From the NCBI GenBank assembly GCA_965219445.1, contig CBDCNQ010000004.1, forward strand, positions 64,001 to 128,000: a stretch of 64,000 bases of DNA, written 5' to 3'. Within the stretch, counting starts at the first letter, position 1; each line of letters starts with the position of its first letter. Position numbers and translations under genes: made by a program. The notes beneath the pieces were generated by a model. That model saw nothing but the letters and a program-made list of their open reading frames with translations, made no database searches and was not told the DNA's origin. Positions 61,427 to 64,000 of the stretch are shown here, in pieces. This stretch comes from Longimicrobiales bacterium. GTDB taxonomy: Bacteria; Gemmatimonadota; Gemmatimonadetes; Longimicrobiales; Gaopeijiaceae.

Positions 61427-63079
61427 TCACCGTTCGGCGAGAATCTGATGCATGAACGACACGGACACCGAACCCTCCCCCACGGCCGAGGCGACCCTCT
61501 TCACGGAATCGTGGCGGGCATCCCCGCACGCGAACACACCCGGCACGTTGGTCTCCAGCATGAAGGGCTCTCGCTCGAGGGGCCAGTCCCGAAGATGGAC
61601 CTTGGGATCCAGGTCCGGCCCCGTGAGGACAAAGCCCCGCTCGTCACATGCGACGAGCCCGTCGAGCCACTGTGTGTGCGGCGCCGCTCCAAGGAAGGCG
61701 AAGAGGTACTCCGCCGGAACAGACTCGACGGCCCCGCTCGCCTTCGAACGGAGGTCCAGACCCTCGAGCCGTGTCAATCCCTGACACTCTGCGATTTCCG
61801 TGTTGAGGCGCACCTCGATGTTTTCGGTCGACTCGATACGACGCACCAGGTAGTGTGACATCTTGGCGCTGAGCGAATCACCGCGGACCAGCATGACCAC
61901 TTTGCTCGCGTGATCCTTGAAATACATCGCTGCCTGGCCGGCCGAGTTCCCCGCGCCCACCATGAATACCGTCTGTCCGCTCGCGAGCATCGCTTCTGTC
62001 ATGGCCGCGCCGTAGTAGACGCCCGCCCCGACGAAACGATCGGCGTTCTCTGCTGGGAGCAGCGTCCAGGACACGCCCACGGAGAGCATGAGGACGTGGC
62101 AGGAGAGCTCGGATCCATCGGCCATTGTCAGATATTTGTAGGGACCGTCGATCCGGAGTCCGACAGCCTCCTGGGGCGTGAGGACCTCGACACCGAACCT
62201 GCGGGCCTGGGCCACAGCGCGGCGGGCCAGGTCGCCCCCCGACAGCCCCGAAGGGAACCCTAGATAGTTTTCGATATAACTGCTCGTACCCGCCTGCCCT
62301 CCCGGTGCCTCCCTCTCAATGAGGACCGTCCGAAGGCCCTCCGATCCACCGTACACGGCCGAGGCGAGTCCGCCCGGACCCGCTCCGACGATCACCAGGT
62401 CATAGAAATCCTTCTTCGCTTTTGTCTCGAGTCCGATATGCTCCGCGAGGGTCGTCGGGTCGGGCCTGATGAGCCGCTCCCCGCCTGGCAGAATGACCAG
62501 AGGCAACTCCTCCGTGTCAACCGAGTCGCCAAGCTCACGGGCCTCCTCCGAGGTTTCGATGTCGAGGAATTGGTATGGAACCTGATTCCGGGCGAGGAAA
62601 TCCCTCACGGAATGACAGCGCGCCGACCACCGATCCCCAACCACACGCAGCCCGCCGTACCCCGGCCGATAGGACGCCCGCCACTCCTCCAACATGTCGT
62701 CGAGCACCGGGAAGAGCTTCTCTTCCGGAGGATCCCACGGCTTCACCAGGTAATAATGGACCTGAGACTGGTTTATTGCGGCGATCGCCGCCTCCGTGTC
62801 TGCATAGGCGGTGATCACGACGCGCTTGGCTTTCGGATAATCTTCCGCGGCCCGGGAGAGGAAGGTCACCCCATCCATCCCGGGCATTCGTTGGTCCGAA
62901 AGGAGCAGGGCTACCGGCGTACCCCTCTCCTTCAATTCACGTAGAACCTCCAGGGCAGCCACGCCCGATTCGGCACGCAATACGCGGAAGTCCTGTCCAT
63001 ACTTGGTGCGCAGGTCTCGGGCGATCGCGTTCAGGACGTCGCTGTCGTCATCGACAGCGAGAAGGATTGGCTTGGCCAT
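61427..63079 (-). CDS. Response regulator receiver fused to a thioredoxin reductase-like flavoprotein
   Basis: REC (VDDD, SDQRMPGMDG, KPW), glutaredoxin-like linker, GAGPGG FAD motif, IENYLGFP, GAGNSA NADPH motif, FACGD; no CxxC (GVYYGAAMTE). Confidence 0.9.
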   Translation of the reverse strand: MAKPILLAVDDDSDVLNAIARDLRTKYGQDFRVLRAESGVAALEVLRELKERGTPVALLLSDQRMPGMDGVTFLSRAAEDYPKAKRVVITAYADTEAAIAAINQSQVHYYLVKPWDPPEEKLFPVLDDMLEEWRASYRPGYGGLRVVGDRWSARCHSVRDFLARNQVPYQFLDIETSEEARELGDSVDTEELPLVILPGGERLIRPDPTTLAEHIGLETKAKKDFYDLVIVGAGPGGLASAVYGGSEGLRTVLIEREAPGGQAGTSSYIENYLGFPSGLSGGDLARRAVAQARRFGVEVLTPQEAVGLRIDGPYKYLTMADGSELSCHVLMLSVGVSWTLLPAENADRFVGAGVYYGAAMTEAMLASGQTVFMVGAGNSAGQAAMYFKDHASKVVMLVRGDSLSAKMSHYLVRRIESTENIEVRLNTEIAECQGLTRLEGLDLRSKASGAVESVPAEYLFAFLGAAPHTQWLDGLVACDERGFVLTGPDLDPKVHLRDWPLEREPFMLETNVPGVFACGDARHDSVKRVASAVGEGSVSVSFMHQILAER

Positions 63080-63120
63080 GGGGGGCAAGCTGTCGATTTA
63101 AGCCGGTGCCGGGCAAGGGG

Positions 63121-64000
63121 CTAGTCTTCCAGCCGGGAGCCCGGCGTCGCATCCCCGTCCTCGAGACCGAGCGCCCACCGGATCCCGCCCACCACGTGGG
63201 CCCGAAAGGTCGGATTGGTACTCCAGATGTCGTCACGGTGGCCGAGCGCCGTATAAAATGAGCGACCATTGCCGAAATCCTGTACCCAGGACTGAGGATA
63301 GTCGCCGCCCTGCTCGATCTCCTCGAGCCCCTCGAGGTCCGTCGCACGCGTGTCGATGCTCAGCAGAACACGAACCCGATCCCGAGAGAAGCCCAGGGGA
63401 ATCCGGTTGCCGAACAGTACGTCGACGTTCTCATCGGGTCTGTCGGCGCTCCACGCCGCGGTGCCGAACTGATAGAACTCGTCGACCACGGTCCAGCTCC
63501 CGCCCAACATCCTTGTCGCCGGATGTTGGCGGTCTTCGACGTTCAGGACGAAGACGTGGTTCTGCTGCACCGCGCGCCTGAAGTACGCACCGAGCATCTC
63601 ACCGAAGTCGGGATAGTTGTAAAGCGTCAGCGCCGCGCAGTGAACGCCGATGAACGCACCCCCCTGCCTCACGAAGTCCACGAGCGCCCGCTTCTGCACC
63701 TCGTCGAGCGGCAGGTTTCCGTTGGTCATCATCATCACGCCATCGAACTGAGCGAGGTACTCCGCCGTGATGATCGACAAATCGAGCTCCTCGCGCTCCT
63801 GCAGGTAGCCCTGAAGGGCGGTAAGCTCGTAGCCGGCGTCCGGTCCCCATGATGCGACAGCCCGCTCCGCGGGACCGAGGCTCGTGTGCTTGTAGAGCCC
63901 CGCGTGGGTCAGGAAGAGAAGCTTCTTCGGCGTTTGTTGTTCCGGCGCGGCGACCCGACTCGGCTCTGTGACTCGGGCCCCCGACGACGAGACCAACCCG
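63121..64000 (-). CDS. ThuA-like domain protein (5' end probably outside the window)
   Basis: GLYKHTS, GGAFIGVHCA, DEFYQF, GRSFYTALGH, GGIRWALG. Confidence 0.82.
   Translation of the reverse strand, partial: GLVSSSGARVTEPSRVAAPEQQTPKKLLFLTHAGLYKHTSLGPAERAVASWGPDAGYELTALQGYLQEREELDLSIITAEYLAQFDGVMMMTNGNLPLDEVQKRALVDFVRQGGAFIGVHCAALTLYNYPDFGEMLGAYFRRAVQQNHVFVLNVEDRQHPATRMLGGSWTVVDEFYQFGTAAWSADRPDENVDVLFGNRIPLGFSRDRVRVLLSIDTRATDLEGLEEIEQGGDYPQSWVQDFGNGRSFYTALGHRDDIWSTNPTFRAHVVGGIRWALGLEDGDATPGSRLED

Overview
GC-rich bacterial chromosome segment. The gene content and the PknB-type kinase with a beta-propeller suggest Gemmatimonadota (inference only). About 1-36.9 kb is mostly a minus-strand housekeeping backbone: dxs, ispA, xseBA, folD, rny, zapA, pheTS, rplT, rpmI, infC, thrS, groEL/ES with a CIRCE operator, coaX, birA, uppP, bshA, miaA, mutL, tatD and secFD, then a PilB/GspE-REC ATPase, a REC-GGDEF protein, murB and rfbC. 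About 37-64 kb is accessory: an M16 peptidase, MATE, nitronate monooxygenase, S1 protease and acetolactate synthase, an NmrA gene disrupted by nested IS elements, a tripartite RND system with an SBP-TolC fusion, haloalkane dehalogenase, beta-carbonic anhydrase, and a cNMP histidine kinase with a REC-thioredoxin reductase. The most striking element is an IS110/IS1111-type element (46860-48455) inserted inside the left terminal inverted repeat of an IS256 element. Its downstream non-coding region folds into a bridge/seek-RNA-like structure. The guide loops match both halves of that IS256 end (tcaaagg, tacacacc) and the element's own right end (atagaagg), which points to an RNA-guided recombinase programmed against another transposon. 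Other notable items are a 368-bp highly structured MITE-like element 5 bp upstream of the diguanylate cyclase start, an L20-leader-like attenuator with an AUU-start infC, and three single-base frameshifts that may be sequencing errors. No rRNA, tRNA or CRISPR array was seen.
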